A stretch of 64,000 bases of DNA from Acidimicrobiia bacterium. Lineage in GTDB: Bacteria; Actinomycetota; Acidimicrobiia; Spongiisociales; ZC4RG35. This document shows positions 52,651-62,677 of the stretch, piece after piece. A program made the translations under genes and the position numbers. Location: positions 1,888,001 to 1,952,000 of the forward strand of contig CBDBCY010000004.1 in assembly GCA_965203555.1 (NCBI GenBank), read 5' to 3'. The notes under the pieces were generated by a model, which saw only the letters and a list, made by a program, of their open reading frames with translations, had not been told where the DNA came from and ran no database searches. Position 1 is the stretch's first letter, and the number at the start of each line of letters is the position of its first letter.

Positions 52651-54750
52651 ATGACAGCCGGGACCGCGGTGGCCGGGTTCGGGCCTCCACAGGACACTGA
52701 AGCCGACGGTGCAAACCTGCTGGACATCGAGAACCTGGCGGTGCGCTTCGAGTTGCCCAACGAGACGGTTCGTGCGGTCAGCGGGGTGAGCCTCAGCGTG
52801 GCGCCGGGCGAGACATTCGCGTTGGTGGGTGAGTCCGGATCCGGCAAGAGCGTATCCATGCTGTCCGTCATGGGTCTTCTTCCTTCACCGCCGGCAGTCG
52901 TCTCGGGGTCCATCCGGCTGGAGGGCCGGGAAGTCCTGGGCATGCCCGGACGCCAGTTGAAGAGACTCCGCGGCCGGGATGTGGCCATGGTCTTCCAGGA
53001 GCCCATGTCGTCTTTGAATCCGGTCCACCGGGTCGGTCGGCAGATCGGCGAGAGCCTCCGGATACACCGCGGCGTCAGCAGGGCCGAGGCGCGACGCCAG
53101 GCGATCCGCCTCCTGGACCGGGTCGGCATACCCTCGGCGGCCACCAGGGTTGACGACTACCCGCACGAGTTCTCCGGAGGCATGCGCCAGCGGGCCATGA
53201 TCGCCATGGCCTTGGCGTGCGAGCCGAAGCTCCTGATCGCCGACGAGCCCACCACGGCCCTCGACGTGACCGTTCAGGCACAGATAGTGGACCTGGTCCG
53301 CGAATTGCAATCCGAGTACCGCCTGGCCGTGGTGTGGATCACCCATGACCTGGGGGTGGTGGCCGAGATAGCCGATCGGGTGGCCGTCATGTACGCAGGG
53401 CGGATACTGGAGACCGGCCAGGCATCCGACCTGTACCGGGCGACCCGCCACCCCTACACCTCCGGCCTGCTCCGCTCGGTGCCGCGCCTGGATCGGGCGG
53501 TCACCACCCGTCTGGCCGAGATACCGGGCGCACCCTTCCGGGTGGTCAGCGAGTTGCAGGCCTGCCCCTTCGACGACCGATGTCCTCTGGCCGGGGAGGG
53601 CTGTACCGATGCCCTGCCGGAGTTGGAGACGGTCGGGACCGGCGGGCACCGTTCGGCCTGCATTCACCATCACCAGATGGGGCCGGCCGCGGCGCTGTGG
53701 CCGGAAGGGACCACAGCCGACGCATCCACGGCAGCCGACCGGGCCGACGACGTGGTTGTCTCGATCCGGGACCTGCGGGTCCATTTCCCGGTCGTCCGCG
53801 GCCTCAGGCGGTCCCGCCACAGGGCCATCCGGGCCGTGGACGGCGTCTCGCTCGACGTGGTCCGGGGACAGACCCTGGGGATCGTCGGCGAGAGCGGGTG
53901 CGGAAAGACCACCCTGGGCCGGTCCCTGGTGGCCCTGGTGCGGCCCACCGCGGGAACGATCGAGATCAACGGGGAGCCGATCAACCCGCGCAGCGGCAGG
54001 CACAGGAGAGTGGTGCAAATGATCTTCCAGGATCCCTTCTCGGCCATGAACCCGGGGATGCGGGTCACCGATGTCGTCGCCGAGCCTTTGCGGATCCACC
54101 GGCTGGCGGACGCCGGGAGCGCCCGTGACCGCGTGGCCCAACTCCTGACCCAGGTGGGTCTGCCGGCCGATTCGGGAGCGCGCTATCCCCATGAGTTCAG
54201 CGGAGGGCAGCGCCAGCGGATCGCCATCGCCCGCGCCCTGGCGGCCGACCCGGAGGTGGTCGTGTGCGACGAACCCGTCTCGTCGCTGGACGTGTCGGTC
54301 CAGGCCCAGGTGGTGAACCTGCTGGCCGACCTGCAGGCGCGAACCGGGATGGCGATGGTCTTCATAGCCCATGACCTGGCGGTGGTGCGCCACGTCTCAC
54401 ACGAAGTGGGGGTGATGTATCTGGGAGAGATCGTGGAGAGGGCGCCTCGCGACCAGTTGTACCACGAACCCCTTCACCCCTACACCAAGGCGCTACTCGA
54501 GGCGGTGCCGGTGCCCGAGCCCGGCAGCGAGACAGCCCGCCGCACCAGGCTGGCGGGAGATGTACCGAGCCCGGCGGATCCCCCGTCCGGCTGCCGTTTC
54601 CACACCCGTTGCCCGGTGGCTGTCGATGGGCTGTGTTCGACGGTGAAGCCCTCGCTGGAGGAGGTGACTCCCGGACGATGGGTCTCCTGCCACCTTGTGA
54701 GTCCGTCCGGTCGGACACCAAGAATGTCCAGGTCTCCGGCGACATCGTGA
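52651..54750 (+). CDS. Fused dipeptide/oligopeptide ABC ATPase (two NBDs)
   Basis: GESGSGKS / [16 protein letters not shown] / [11 protein letters not shown], two HPYT domains with Cys-rich tails. Confidence 0.93.
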   Translation: MTAGTAVAGFGPPQDTEADGANLLDIENLAVRFELPNETVRAVSGVSLSVAPGETFALVGESGSGKSVSMLSVMGLLPSPPAVVSGSIRLEGREVLGMPGRQLKRLRGRDVAMVFQEPMSSLNPVHRVGRQIGESLRIHRGVSRAEARRQAIRLLDRVGIPSAATRVDDYPHEFSGGMRQRAMIAMALACEPKLLIADEPTTALDVTVQAQIVDLVRELQSEYRLAVVWITHDLGVVAEIADRVAVMYAGRILETGQASDLYRATRHPYTSGLLRSVPRLDRAVTTRLAEIPGAPFRVVSELQACPFDDRCPLAGEGCTDALPELETVGTGGHRSACIHHHQMGPAAALWPEGTTADASTAADRADDVVVSIRDLRVHFPVVRGLRRSRHRAIRAVDGVSLDVVRGQTLGIVGESGCGKTTLGRSLVALVRPTAGTIEINGEPINPRSGRHRRVVQMIFQDPFSAMNPGMRVTDVVAEPLRIHRLADAGSARDRVAQLLTQVGLPADSGARYPHEFSGGQRQRIAIARALAADPEVVVCDEPVSSLDVSVQAQVVNLLADLQARTGMAMVFIAHDLAVVRHVSHEVGVMYLGEIVERAPRDQLYHEPLHPYTKALLEAVPVPEPGSETARRTRLAGDVPSPADPPSGCRFHTRCPVAVDGLCSTVKPSLEEVTPGRWVSCHLVSPSGRTPRMSRSPATS

Positions 54751-54847
54751 GGTTGCTTGGGTTAGGCTCGACATCAGCTATGGATCAACCGTCCACAGTC
54801 GCATTTCCCCGCTAAGTGTTGGCGGGATAGAGAAAGGAAAACACGAT

Positions 54848-56650
54848 ATGCAACACCACTTGAGATTCAGGAGAACCCTCCTGATGGTAGTTCTGGCGCT
54901 GGTAATCGCCGCCTGCGGCGGCGACGCCGAAGACGAACCGGTCACCACCGCGGCGCCGGAGGCGCCTGCCACAACCGTAGCGGAGGCCCCGTCCGACACT
55001 GACGAGGAGGCGCCTGCCACAACCGAAGCGGAGGCCCCGTCCGACACTGACGAGGAGCCCGCACCCGAGCCCGAGACCACGACCACCACCGCGGCGCCCG
55101 CGCCGCCGGAACCGGTCGCTGTTCGAGCCGCGGTCACCGGGGATGAGGGAACCCTGAACCCCTACACCTACATCAGCGGTTTCCCCGGGTGGAACCTCTT
55201 GATGCTCCAGTACGACTCCCTGATGCAGCTTGACGCCGCCGGGGTTCCCCAGCCCTGGCTGGCCTCGAGCGTCAGCGTTAGCGACGACCTCACCGAGTGG
55301 TCGGTGACCCTGGTCGAGGGCGTCACCTTCCACGACGGGGAGCCCTTGACTTCCGACGACGTGGCCTTCAGTGTCGAGTTCTACACGACCAACCCCGAGG
55401 CGAGCCGCTTCGCACGCGACTTCAGGGGAGTGGCGGATGTGGTGGTGCATGATGACTACAGCGTCACATTCGTTCTCGAAAGCGCCAACCCCGGGTTCGA
55501 CGTGGTGGCGTTGGCTGACGCCCCCATCATCCCGCGCCACATCTGGGAGTCGGTGGAACTCCCGTCGGAGCACCAGTTCGAGGGCGGTACCAACATCGGT
55601 TCCGGTCCCTACATGCTGACCGAGTACGTCGACAGCCAGAGCTACCGTTTCGCGGCCAACCCCAACTACTTCCGGGGCGCCCCGGCGGTTGACGAACTGG
55701 TTGTGATCGTCTTCGCCGACGACGCCGGAGCCCAGGCGGCCATCCGGACCGGGGAAGTGGACGTGATCTTCGAACGGATACCTCCGGAGCAGATCGACTT
55801 GCTCGACTCCCAGGACCCCCTGGACGTGATCCTGGGACCGGAGTTCGCCACCCAGATGATCAACTATGACGCCTCGATTCGTCCTTTCGACGACGTTGCG
55901 GTCCGCCAGGCCATCAACCTGGCCATGGACCGCCAGGACATCGTCGACACGGTGTACCTCGGAGCGGCCACTGTGGGTAGCCCCGGCTGGATCCATCCGG
56001 GACACTCGGTCTACAACTCTGGGATCGAAGTCGACGTGTACGACCCGGCCGCAGCCAACGCCCTCCTGGAGGGCGCCGGATACGCCGACACCGACGGCGA
56101 CGGCGTCCGAGAGTATGACGGACAGCCGATGTCGTTCGAGATCATCACCAACGCTTCCGACTCGCTGCGTCTGCGGATCGCCGAGTTGACGGTGGAGATG
56201 CTGGCTGCGATCGGCATAGAGACCGAGGTGTTGCCGGTGGATACCGCAGTCTGGGAGAACGCCGTGTGGCCCGGTTTCGACGTGAACAACGGTCGCAACT
56301 ACCAGATCGCCATGTGGGGTTGGTCGCCTCCCGTGCAGGCCGACCCACTCCGGCTCCCCTGGTTGGTCCACAGTTCCCTGGACAGGGGATTCCTCAACCT
56401 GACCGGTTACGGCAACGCCGAGATGGACGAACTCTCCGAGGCGCTGGCGGTCGAGCCCGACCCGGCAGAGCGCAAGGCGATCCTGGGTCGCATGCAGGAG
56501 ATAATCGCCGAGGACCTGCCGTTCGTGCTGCTGCTCTATCCGGATGGAGCGTATGTGTACGACTCGAGCGTCTACGCGGACTGGGAGTTCATCGCCGGCC
56601 AGGGTATTGTGAGCAAACTGTCGCTGCTCCCGCCCTCCGCTCGACCGTAG
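54848..56650 (+). CDS. Family 5 ABC substrate-binding lipoprotein
   Basis: Lipobox IAAC, PWLA, VTFHDG, IGSGPY, VRQAIN; N-terminal 48-bp x2 repeat (54959-55054). Confidence 0.92.
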   Translation: MQHHLRFRRTLLMVVLALVIAACGGDAEDEPVTTAAPEAPATTVAEAPSDTDEEAPATTEAEAPSDTDEEPAPEPETTTTTAAPAPPEPVAVRAAVTGDEGTLNPYTYISGFPGWNLLMLQYDSLMQLDAAGVPQPWLASSVSVSDDLTEWSVTLVEGVTFHDGEPLTSDDVAFSVEFYTTNPEASRFARDFRGVADVVVHDDYSVTFVLESANPGFDVVALADAPIIPRHIWESVELPSEHQFEGGTNIGSGPYMLTEYVDSQSYRFAANPNYFRGAPAVDELVVIVFADDAGAQAAIRTGEVDVIFERIPPEQIDLLDSQDPLDVILGPEFATQMINYDASIRPFDDVAVRQAINLAMDRQDIVDTVYLGAATVGSPGWIHPGHSVYNSGIEVDVYDPAAANALLEGAGYADTDGDGVREYDGQPMSFEIITNASDSLRLRIAELTVEMLAAIGIETEVLPVDTAVWENAVWPGFDVNNGRNYQIAMWGWSPPVQADPLRLPWLVHSSLDRGFLNLTGYGNAEMDELSEALAVEPDPAERKAILGRMQEIIAEDLPFVLLLYPDGAYVYDSSVYADWEFIAGQGIVSKLSLLPPSARP

Positions 56651-56674
56651 AAGAACACCCGAACAATGACGGCT

Positions 56675-56721
56675 GGTGGTAGCCCGCCGCCCGATTGCGC
56701 ATCGCGTGTCGGGCTACCACC
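56675..56721 (+). terminator. Intercistronic hairpin after the binding-protein gene
   Basis: GGTGGTAGCCCG / CGGGCTACCACC 12-bp stem; no U-tract. Confidence 0.6.
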
Positions 56722-56787
56722 CCATAGTGGAATGATCAGCGCACCCCCCGGATCGGGGCGCGTCGCAGGTCAACCCGAGTTGCAGTC

Positions 56788-57762
56788 TTGACAAGGCGAA
56801 TCGACCTTCGCCGGGTGGCCCAATACGGGATCGTGGTGGTCGTGGCGGTGACGCTCAACTTCCTGTTGCCCCGGCTGATGCCGGGCAATCCACTCGCCCT
56901 GATCGCCGGGGTGGATGTCGGCATGCTCACCCCGGACCAACGGGCCGAGATCGTCGCCCGGGTCGGTCTGGACGCGCCCATGTGGGTGCAGTATCTGCGG
57001 TATTGGGGGGATATCTTCACCGGCGACTTCGGGTTCTCGTTCCGGTCCAGCCGTCCCATCGTCGAGATGATCTGGGAACGGATACCCTGGACGCTTCTCA
57101 TCACCGGCCTGTCGCTGATGGTGTCGGCTGTCGTGGGTGTTTTGCTGGGCGCCGTCTCGGCCTGGCGAAGAGGCTCGAAGGGCGACCTGACCATGCTTTC
57201 GGGGATGATCTCGGTGGAGTCCCTGCCCTCCTTCTGGCTGGGCATGGTCCTGATCTCGCTCTTCGCCGTCCAGTGGGGTCTGCTGCCGTCATTCGGTGCG
57301 GTGACCCCCGCCTCGGACCTGGAGGGCTGGGCCCACGTGTGGGACATAATCAGCCATGCCATAATGCCCGTGACCGCCCTCTCGATAGTCGGGACGCCGG
57401 GCGTTTACATGACCATGCGCTATGCGATGCTGGAAACCCTGGGAGAGGACTACATCCGTACCGCCAGAGCCAAGGGCGCCGGAGAGCGCCGGGTGCTGTT
57501 CGGGCACGTCGCACGCAACACCATCGCTCCGGTGATCACAGTTCTCGCCATCCGATTGGGTTTTGCGTTCGGGGGCACGGTGATCATCGAGACGGTGTTC
57601 TCCTATCCGGGACTCGGCCGCTTAGTCTTCGAAGCGGTGGCAGGGCGTGACTATCCGGTGATGCAGGCGGCTTTTTTGGTCTTCACGGGTGCGGTCCTGG
57701 TGGCCAACCTGGCGGCTGACTTACTGTATCCGCTGATAGACCCCAGGAGCAGGACATCGTGA
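56788..57762 (+). CDS. ABC permease (DppB-like)
   Basis: RLMPGNP, GDFGFS, PSFWLG, EDYIRTARAKG, ETVFSYPGLG, RDYP, IDPR. Confidence 0.92.
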   Translation: MTRRIDLRRVAQYGIVVVVAVTLNFLLPRLMPGNPLALIAGVDVGMLTPDQRAEIVARVGLDAPMWVQYLRYWGDIFTGDFGFSFRSSRPIVEMIWERIPWTLLITGLSLMVSAVVGVLLGAVSAWRRGSKGDLTMLSGMISVESLPSFWLGMVLISLFAVQWGLLPSFGAVTPASDLEGWAHVWDIISHAIMPVTALSIVGTPGVYMTMRYAMLETLGEDYIRTARAKGAGERRVLFGHVARNTIAPVITVLAIRLGFAFGGTVIIETVFSYPGLGRLVFEAVAGRDYPVMQAAFLVFTGAVLVANLAADLLYPLIDPRSRTS

Positions 57763-58625
57763 CGGCCACCGGCGGAAAAGACCAGAAGGTTCGCAGGACC
57801 GTGCGGCGGCGCTCGCGGCTGCCCAAGATCCTCGGGCTGGCGGGGATGGTGATCGTCGGGGCACTGCTGTTCACGGCGGTGTTCGCTCCGTGGTTGGCGC
57901 CGTACGACCCCACCGAGCGGATCGCCCGGCCCTTCCTGCCGCCCAGCGCCGACCATCCTTTGGGCACCAATGACGTCGGCCATGATCTTCTCTCGGAGAT
58001 CATCTTCGGATCGCGGGTGTCGTTGCTGGTGGGGCTGGTCGCGGCAACAGTGGCCCTGCTGATCGGTACCACGGTGGGGGTGGTGGCCGGCTATTACCCC
58101 AAACGGCTGGGCGCCACTCTGATGCGCGGGGTCGACGTGATACTGATCCTGCCTTTCCTCCCCCTGCTCATAGTGCTGGCAGCCTACCTGGGCCGCAGCC
58201 TTCTGAACACGATCCTGGTGATCGGGTTGCTCATCTGGGCGGAGCCGGCCCGGATCATTCGATCACAGGTCCTCTCGCTCCGCTCGCGAGAATACGTGCT
58301 GGCAGCCCGGTCGATGGGCGCTCCCGACCGTTGGACGATCCTGCGGCACATCGTTCCCCGCACAGCCCTGCTGGCTACGGGTTCGTTCGTGCGAGCGGTA
58401 TCAGGGGCGATCTTGCTGGAGGCTGCGCTCAGCTTCCTGGGCCTGGGAGACCCGATCCAAAAGAGCTGGGGGTCGACGCTGTATTGGGCACAGACCCGGG
58501 GCGCCTTCCTGACGCCCGCATGGAAGTGGTGGGTGCTGCCGCCCGGCCTGCTGATAATGCTGGCATCGCTCGGCTTCGCCCTCATCGCCTTCTCGCTGGA
58601 GGAACGAATAAATCCCCGACTGTAG
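57759..58625 (+). CDS. ABC permease (DppC-like)
   Basis: HPLGTNDVG.D, GSRVSL, EYVLAARSMGA, EAALSFLGLG, SWG. Confidence 0.92.
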   Translation: MTATGGKDQKVRRTVRRRSRLPKILGLAGMVIVGALLFTAVFAPWLAPYDPTERIARPFLPPSADHPLGTNDVGHDLLSEIIFGSRVSLLVGLVAATVALLIGTTVGVVAGYYPKRLGATLMRGVDVILILPFLPLLIVLAAYLGRSLLNTILVIGLLIWAEPARIIRSQVLSLRSREYVLAARSMGAPDRWTILRHIVPRTALLATGSFVRAVSGAILLEAALSFLGLGDPIQKSWGSTLYWAQTRGAFLTPAWKWWVLPPGLLIMLASLGFALIAFSLEERINPRL

Positions 58626-58653
58626 CCCGCGGCAGCACCCGCGCGGAACCTCA

Positions 58654-59223
58654 CTATTGCGCGTGGTGGGGTCTGTGTTTGATCGTGGCAACGGAGCGGG
58701 AGAGACCGACTTCTGCTAGGCGATCAAGCATTTGGCTGTAGCTCTGCGGCGGTTGGCTGAGCGCCGTGGCTTGTCTTGCGATGGTGCTGACGACCTCGTC
58801 CAGTGCGATTTCCAACAAGTGCAACACGAATCGGTCAGGGCTTTGAGTCTCAATACCAAACTGGCTCAGGGCGCTGTCGGGGAAGCTACGAAGGTTGCTC
58901 GTCACGATGACCTCGGCGTGGCAGCGGATGGCAGCAGCCACAACATGGCGGTTGCCTTCGTCGGGCAACTCGATTGCTTCGATTAGAGGTTCGTACCCAG
59001 TGACGAGACAGTCGGGCACGGCCTTGATCATAAGGTGGCGGGTTCGTGCGATCTGTGTCGGGTCGAGTCCGGGATTTGTCAGGATAAGGCTGGTAGCCAT
59101 CTCGTCAAGGATGGTGTCGGTCCACTTCGCGCGATATAGGCGGGTGCATGCGAGCCGGACTAGAAAGTCGCGCAGCGATGCCGGGTGCAAAACAGTGGCG
59201 TCGTACACCACGGTGAACGACAT
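58654..59223 (-). CDS. PIN-domain protein (type usually paired with excisionase-like HTH)
   Basis: VVYDATVL.P..LRD, WTDTILDE, GYEPLI...LPD...RHVVAAAI, IVTSNL, PD.F. Confidence 0.85.
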   Translation of the reverse strand: MSFTVVYDATVLHPASLRDFLVRLACTRLYRAKWTDTILDEMATSLILTNPGLDPTQIARTRHLMIKAVPDCLVTGYEPLIEAIELPDEGNRHVVAAAIRCHAEVIVTSNLRSFPDSALSQFGIETQSPDRFVLHLLEIALDEVVSTIARQATALSQPPQSYSQMLDRLAEVGLSRSVATIKHRPHHAQ

Positions 59224-59226
59224 CGG

Positions 59227-59697
59227 TCAGTATTGGAAACCCAAATCCTCAGCTTCGGCGGTGAGCTTGTCTAGCACCCGCTGCCGATGCACTTCCTCCC
59301 GGTCTAAGTAGGCGAGGACATCAGTAAGTCTGACACGGCGGCGGTTGCCTACACGGCGGAATGGAATGGCCCCTCTATCGAGGAGCCCTACTAGGTATGG
59401 GCGTGACACGTTGAGCAGGTCGGCAGCTTGCTGGGTGGTCAGTTCGCTCCGGGCGGGAGCAACGGTAACTGTGTGGCCGTTTGCTAGTTGGGCTAGGATC
59501 TCGCGTAGCAGACTGACCGCCGGTGCGGGCAGGGCAATTACCTGGGGATCGTCCGACTGATCGACCATGCACAACTGTAGAGATGCAACAGCGTCACTGT
59601 GTCCGGCGAGGTAAGCCTGCAGGAGTTCGGCTGCGCGGGCTGCCTGCTTAGCCACCGCTGGATCTGGCGCGGTTTGAATGTCTGTTATAGCAGTCAT
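59227..59697 (-). CDS. Excisionase-family (HTH_17) DNA-binding protein
   Basis: LP...LL.EIL..LANG..V, ELTTQQAADLLNVSRPYLV.LLD.GAIPF..VG.RRRV; RBS AAGGAGG. Confidence 0.88.
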   Translation of the reverse strand: MTAITDIQTAPDPAVAKQAARAAELLQAYLAGHSDAVASLQLCMVDQSDDPQVIALPAPAVSLLREILAQLANGHTVTVAPARSELTTQQAADLLNVSRPYLVGLLDRGAIPFRRVGNRRRVRLTDVLAYLDREEVHRQRVLDKLTAEAEDLGFQY

Positions 59698-59810
59698 GTG
59701 AGCCTCCTTCGATCTTCCTTCTTCTAATCTCGATCTAGCGTCCGGCAAGGGCAAAGCCCTTAAACCTGCTCCTCCAGCATTGTCATCATCCTATCATAGG
59801 AATGAATATT

Positions 59811-59860
59811 CGAAACAGTCGCAATAAATGCTTTGATTGCTGCAGTCGCAACAGTAGAAT
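59811..59860 (+). promoter_or_regulatory. Predicted CBASS promoter overlapped by five degenerate 9-bp direct repeats
   Basis: TTGATT (59833-59838) - 16 bp - TAGAAT (59855-59860); repeats CGAAACAGT/CGCAATAAA/TGCTTTGAT/TGCTGCAGT/CGCAACAGT. Confidence 0.55.
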
Positions 59861-59894
59861 CCGGTTCGGTGATTGTTTTGAACCGAGATTGTAG

Positions 59895-60803
59895 ATGAAC
59901 CCAAGCAATGTCCGAGTCCTTGCTCAGACACCACCCGTGTCGATCGATGTGCCCGGTGTCGCGGACTCCCGTTGGCTGCCGGATGATGTCTTTGACGCGG
60001 GTTGGCACGCGATCGTCATGCCCGGTGATACCAAAACTCGTCTGGCCCGCCAAGGGGCAGCCACGATTATGCTGCGCCAGCAAGTCACCGCCGACGCCTT
60101 GCCCCTGCACGGCATCGTGCTGCTTGCCGGCCCTCCTGGGACCGGCAAGACAACCCTGGCTCGCGGCCTAGCCAGCCGGATTGCCGCTGGGCTCAGAGTG
60201 AAAACAGTCGCATATATCGAGGTCGATCCCCACCAGCTCACCTCAGCGTCGCTGGGTCGGAGCCAGCGATCCGTCAACGAACTGTTCACCAACACCATTG
60301 CTGACATTGCCGGGCGATACCCCACCATTGTGTTGCTAGACGAGGTCGAAACGCTCGTAGTTGACCGCGCTGGATTAAGCCGGGAGGCAAACCCGATCGA
60401 CGTGCATCGCGCTTGCGACGCGGCACTCACCAACCTGGATCGCCTCGCGGCAGAACAACCCACTTCGCTAATAATCGCAACCACGAACTTCGACGCTGCG
60501 GTGGACGCGGCCTTCGTCAGCCGAGCCGACGTAGTGCATCGCTTCGCCCTTCCGGCGGCTGACGCCCGCCGAGCGATTCTTGAGCACACGATCCGCGCCG
60601 TGGATGCCGCCTTTCCCGGAGCAGCACGGGTGCTGGCCGATCCCCGCTTCGAGGAAGTAGTCGAGAGTTCAGACGGTTTAGATGGCCGCTCGCTGCGCAA
60701 AGCCGTCGCGGCGGCCGCGGCCATGCACCCCAAACTCAACTTCAGCATGCTCAGCGCCGAGTGGCTGCTCGCCGCTATCCGAGAGGCTAAGGAATTCAGA
60801 TGA
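59895..60803 (+). CDS. cap6: CBASS Trip13/Pch2-like AAA+ ATPase
   Basis: PLHGIVLLAGPPGTGKT, LGRSQRSV, LLDEVE, ANPIDVHRA.DA.LT.LD, DAAFVSRAD, GLDGR.LRK. Confidence 0.9.
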   Translation: MNPSNVRVLAQTPPVSIDVPGVADSRWLPDDVFDAGWHAIVMPGDTKTRLARQGAATIMLRQQVTADALPLHGIVLLAGPPGTGKTTLARGLASRIAAGLRVKTVAYIEVDPHQLTSASLGRSQRSVNELFTNTIADIAGRYPTIVLLDEVETLVVDRAGLSREANPIDVHRACDAALTNLDRLAAEQPTSLIIATTNFDAAVDAAFVSRADVVHRFALPAADARRAILEHTIRAVDAAFPGAARVLADPRFEEVVESSDGLDGRSLRKAVAAAAAMHPKLNFSMLSAEWLLAAIREAKEFR

Positions 60804-61243
60804 CCAAGTACGCACGCCGCTTCGCTGCCGTGCCGGCGCGGACTTCGACCCAGACTTGGCGCGCCATTGTCGATTGTCTCGGCCCGCCTCTAGCCGATCG
60901 GACGGTTCTTGATGCAGCTACCAACGCTCTAGCGATCATCATCGCCGAGGAGGTCCCCGCAACGAAGCCTATCGTGCTTACGGGATGTGGACCCCGGGTC
61001 AGCATCTATACCGTCTATGGGCAAGACAGCATCGACGGGCACAATGTCAATGAGCGCCCGGTGGTCGGCTTGACTTTCAACCCGGGGTGGAAGCTGCATG
61101 TCCCCGCCGGAAGTGATATTGAATTGATAAGCGGCCTCGTCGACGGATCCCATGTCGTAGTCGGTCCACCCGTGAGCAACGCTACCTCGGCTGGCCAAGG
61201 ACTGCCTCGGGTGTCCAACTTCGATCTCACAGCATTGGAGTAA
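60800..61243 (+). CDS. cap8: CBASS HORMA3-like protein
   Basis: R.F...P.R...QTW.AIV, PIV....GPR..IY..Y..D.IDG...NE matches recalled P. aeruginosa HORMA3; ATGA overlap. Confidence 0.85.
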   Translation: MTKYARRFAAVPARTSTQTWRAIVDCLGPPLADRTVLDAATNALAIIIAEEVPATKPIVLTGCGPRVSIYTVYGQDSIDGHNVNERPVVGLTFNPGWKLHVPAGSDIELISGLVDGSHVVVGPPVSNATSAGQGLPRVSNFDLTALE

Positions 61244-61245
61244 TA

Positions 61246-61758
61246 ATGACTGTAGTTCATGTAGGGACGCGTGTTCACACAAGTACCTATGTCGCAACCA
61301 GTCTGTTGCGCAGCCTCAAGTGGCTCATTACCCAAGCCGGTCTCAGCGCTTTGAAGTTTGCGGGCAGTTGGTCTATTTGGGAAACAGGCGTCGCCCACTG
61401 GATCGGGCAGCAGAGCCTAGAACGATTGGTCCTAGAGGTATACGACCCCATAGCTAGGAGCGACGATCTCCGAGGCCGGTTCGACTTCACGCTGGACTAC
61501 TCTTATACAGGCGACGGCGAACTCTGGATCGACCCCGACATCATAGAGTTCACAGTCCGGAAGAACGGGTCGCTGCCCAGCGCATGCGAGTATCGGCTGG
61601 TCGCTTTTGTCAAGTCGTTCGCAACTGACCCGCCAGAGGGAAAATGGACATCCGCGACAACGCGGTCGACAGACGGATTTCAGCGCCACAATGTCGGCAC
61701 TGCCGTCGCTGGCGGCGCAATCGCAGCTTCGTTGTCTTACTATCGGAGGATCAACTGA
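61246..61758 (+). CDS. cap7: CBASS HORMA2-like protein
   Basis: H..TYV...L.SLK..I...GL, LEVYDP, GDG..W.D, G.LPS...Y, RSTDG matches recalled HORMA2. Confidence 0.88.
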   Translation: MTVVHVGTRVHTSTYVATSLLRSLKWLITQAGLSALKFAGSWSIWETGVAHWIGQQSLERLVLEVYDPIARSDDLRGRFDFTLDYSYTGDGELWIDPDIIEFTVRKNGSLPSACEYRLVAFVKSFATDPPEGKWTSATTRSTDGFQRHNVGTAVAGGAIAASLSYYRRIN

Positions 61759-61759
61759 C

Positions 61760-62677
61760 ATGTTGATGACTGTTTCCGAAGCTTTTACCAAGTTTCGGTC
61801 AAACCTTGAGCCAACAAAGACGGAGAGGTCTGACGCCTCACGGCGACAAAAGACGATAAGGTCACAGGTCGAGGACGGTATGGGCATTGCCGACTCCTTT
61901 CTCACTGGTTCCTATGCCCGCAACACCGCTGTCCGTCCCCTAAAGGACGTTGACATCATGATGGTGTTCGACGACACCGAACGCGGCTACTTGAGACAAC
62001 ACCCCCAAACAGTACTGGACAAGGTGTGTGAGGTCCTTGAACCTCATTATCCCGGCCGGGTGCGAGCACAAGCCCGCTCGGTAACCGTGGAGTTTGGGAT
62101 AAGGGTTGTAAACGACATCTCAGATCGAGTTGTGGCAGTGGATGTCGTCCCCGCCTTTAGCGAAGGTGCCCATTATCGGATACCAGATACCCACTCTGGT
62201 TCTTGGACCCGAACCAATCCCAAGATCCATCAAAAACTCGCCACTCAAAGCAACCTTCAGCTAAATGGGCATTGGGTGCCGTTGGTAAAAATGGTCAAGA
62301 AAGCAAACAGCCACACTGGCCAAACCCGCTCAGACGACAAGCCTATAAAGCCCAACTTCCTGCTCGAGGTAATGGCGCACTCACTGATCATACCTCCTTG
62401 GACTGGTCCGTACCCACTGGAGATCCGAGCGTTCTTCGCTTCGGCTGCTGACCTCATCGACAATCGATGGCCCGACCCAGCCAGGCTGGGCCCCGACGTC
62501 ACACACCGGTTGCACGGGTCGCCGTCGCTTCTGTACGAAGCCAAGGAGTGGCTTGCCAGCACTGTCGCAGCTTGTGACCTTGCCTTGCGCCAAGCCCGAA
62601 ACAACCAGATCGGAGCCGCGCTTAACATCTGGCAGCAAATGTTCGGTCCTTTGTTTGTCAAGACCAAGACACCATGA
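61760..62677 (+). CDS. cdnD: CD-NTase, clade D (CdnD-like)
   Basis: EAF.KF.S.LE, SFLTGSYAR.T...PLKDVD, QARS, VDVVPAF, IPDT.SG.W..T.P.IH, KP.FL.EVMA, WPDPA.LGP. Confidence 0.92.
   Translation: MLMTVSEAFTKFRSNLEPTKTERSDASRRQKTIRSQVEDGMGIADSFLTGSYARNTAVRPLKDVDIMMVFDDTERGYLRQHPQTVLDKVCEVLEPHYPGRVRAQARSVTVEFGIRVVNDISDRVVAVDVVPAFSEGAHYRIPDTHSGSWTRTNPKIHQKLATQSNLQLNGHWVPLVKMVKKANSHTGQTRSDDKPIKPNFLLEVMAHSLIIPPWTGPYPLEIRAFFASAADLIDNRWPDPARLGPDVTHRLHGSPSLLYEAKEWLASTVAACDLALRQARNNQIGAALNIWQQMFGPLFVKTKTP

Noticed and set aside
49414-56371. Long antisense ORFs (e.g. 49414-50970, 52885-54393, 54812-56371)
   Set aside because: High-GC shadow frames opposite well-supported genes; the same applies to most other overlapping ORFs in the track
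59227-59697. True excisionase of an integrative element
   Set aside because: No integrase or att repeat seen; architecture is the PIN-associated HTH type
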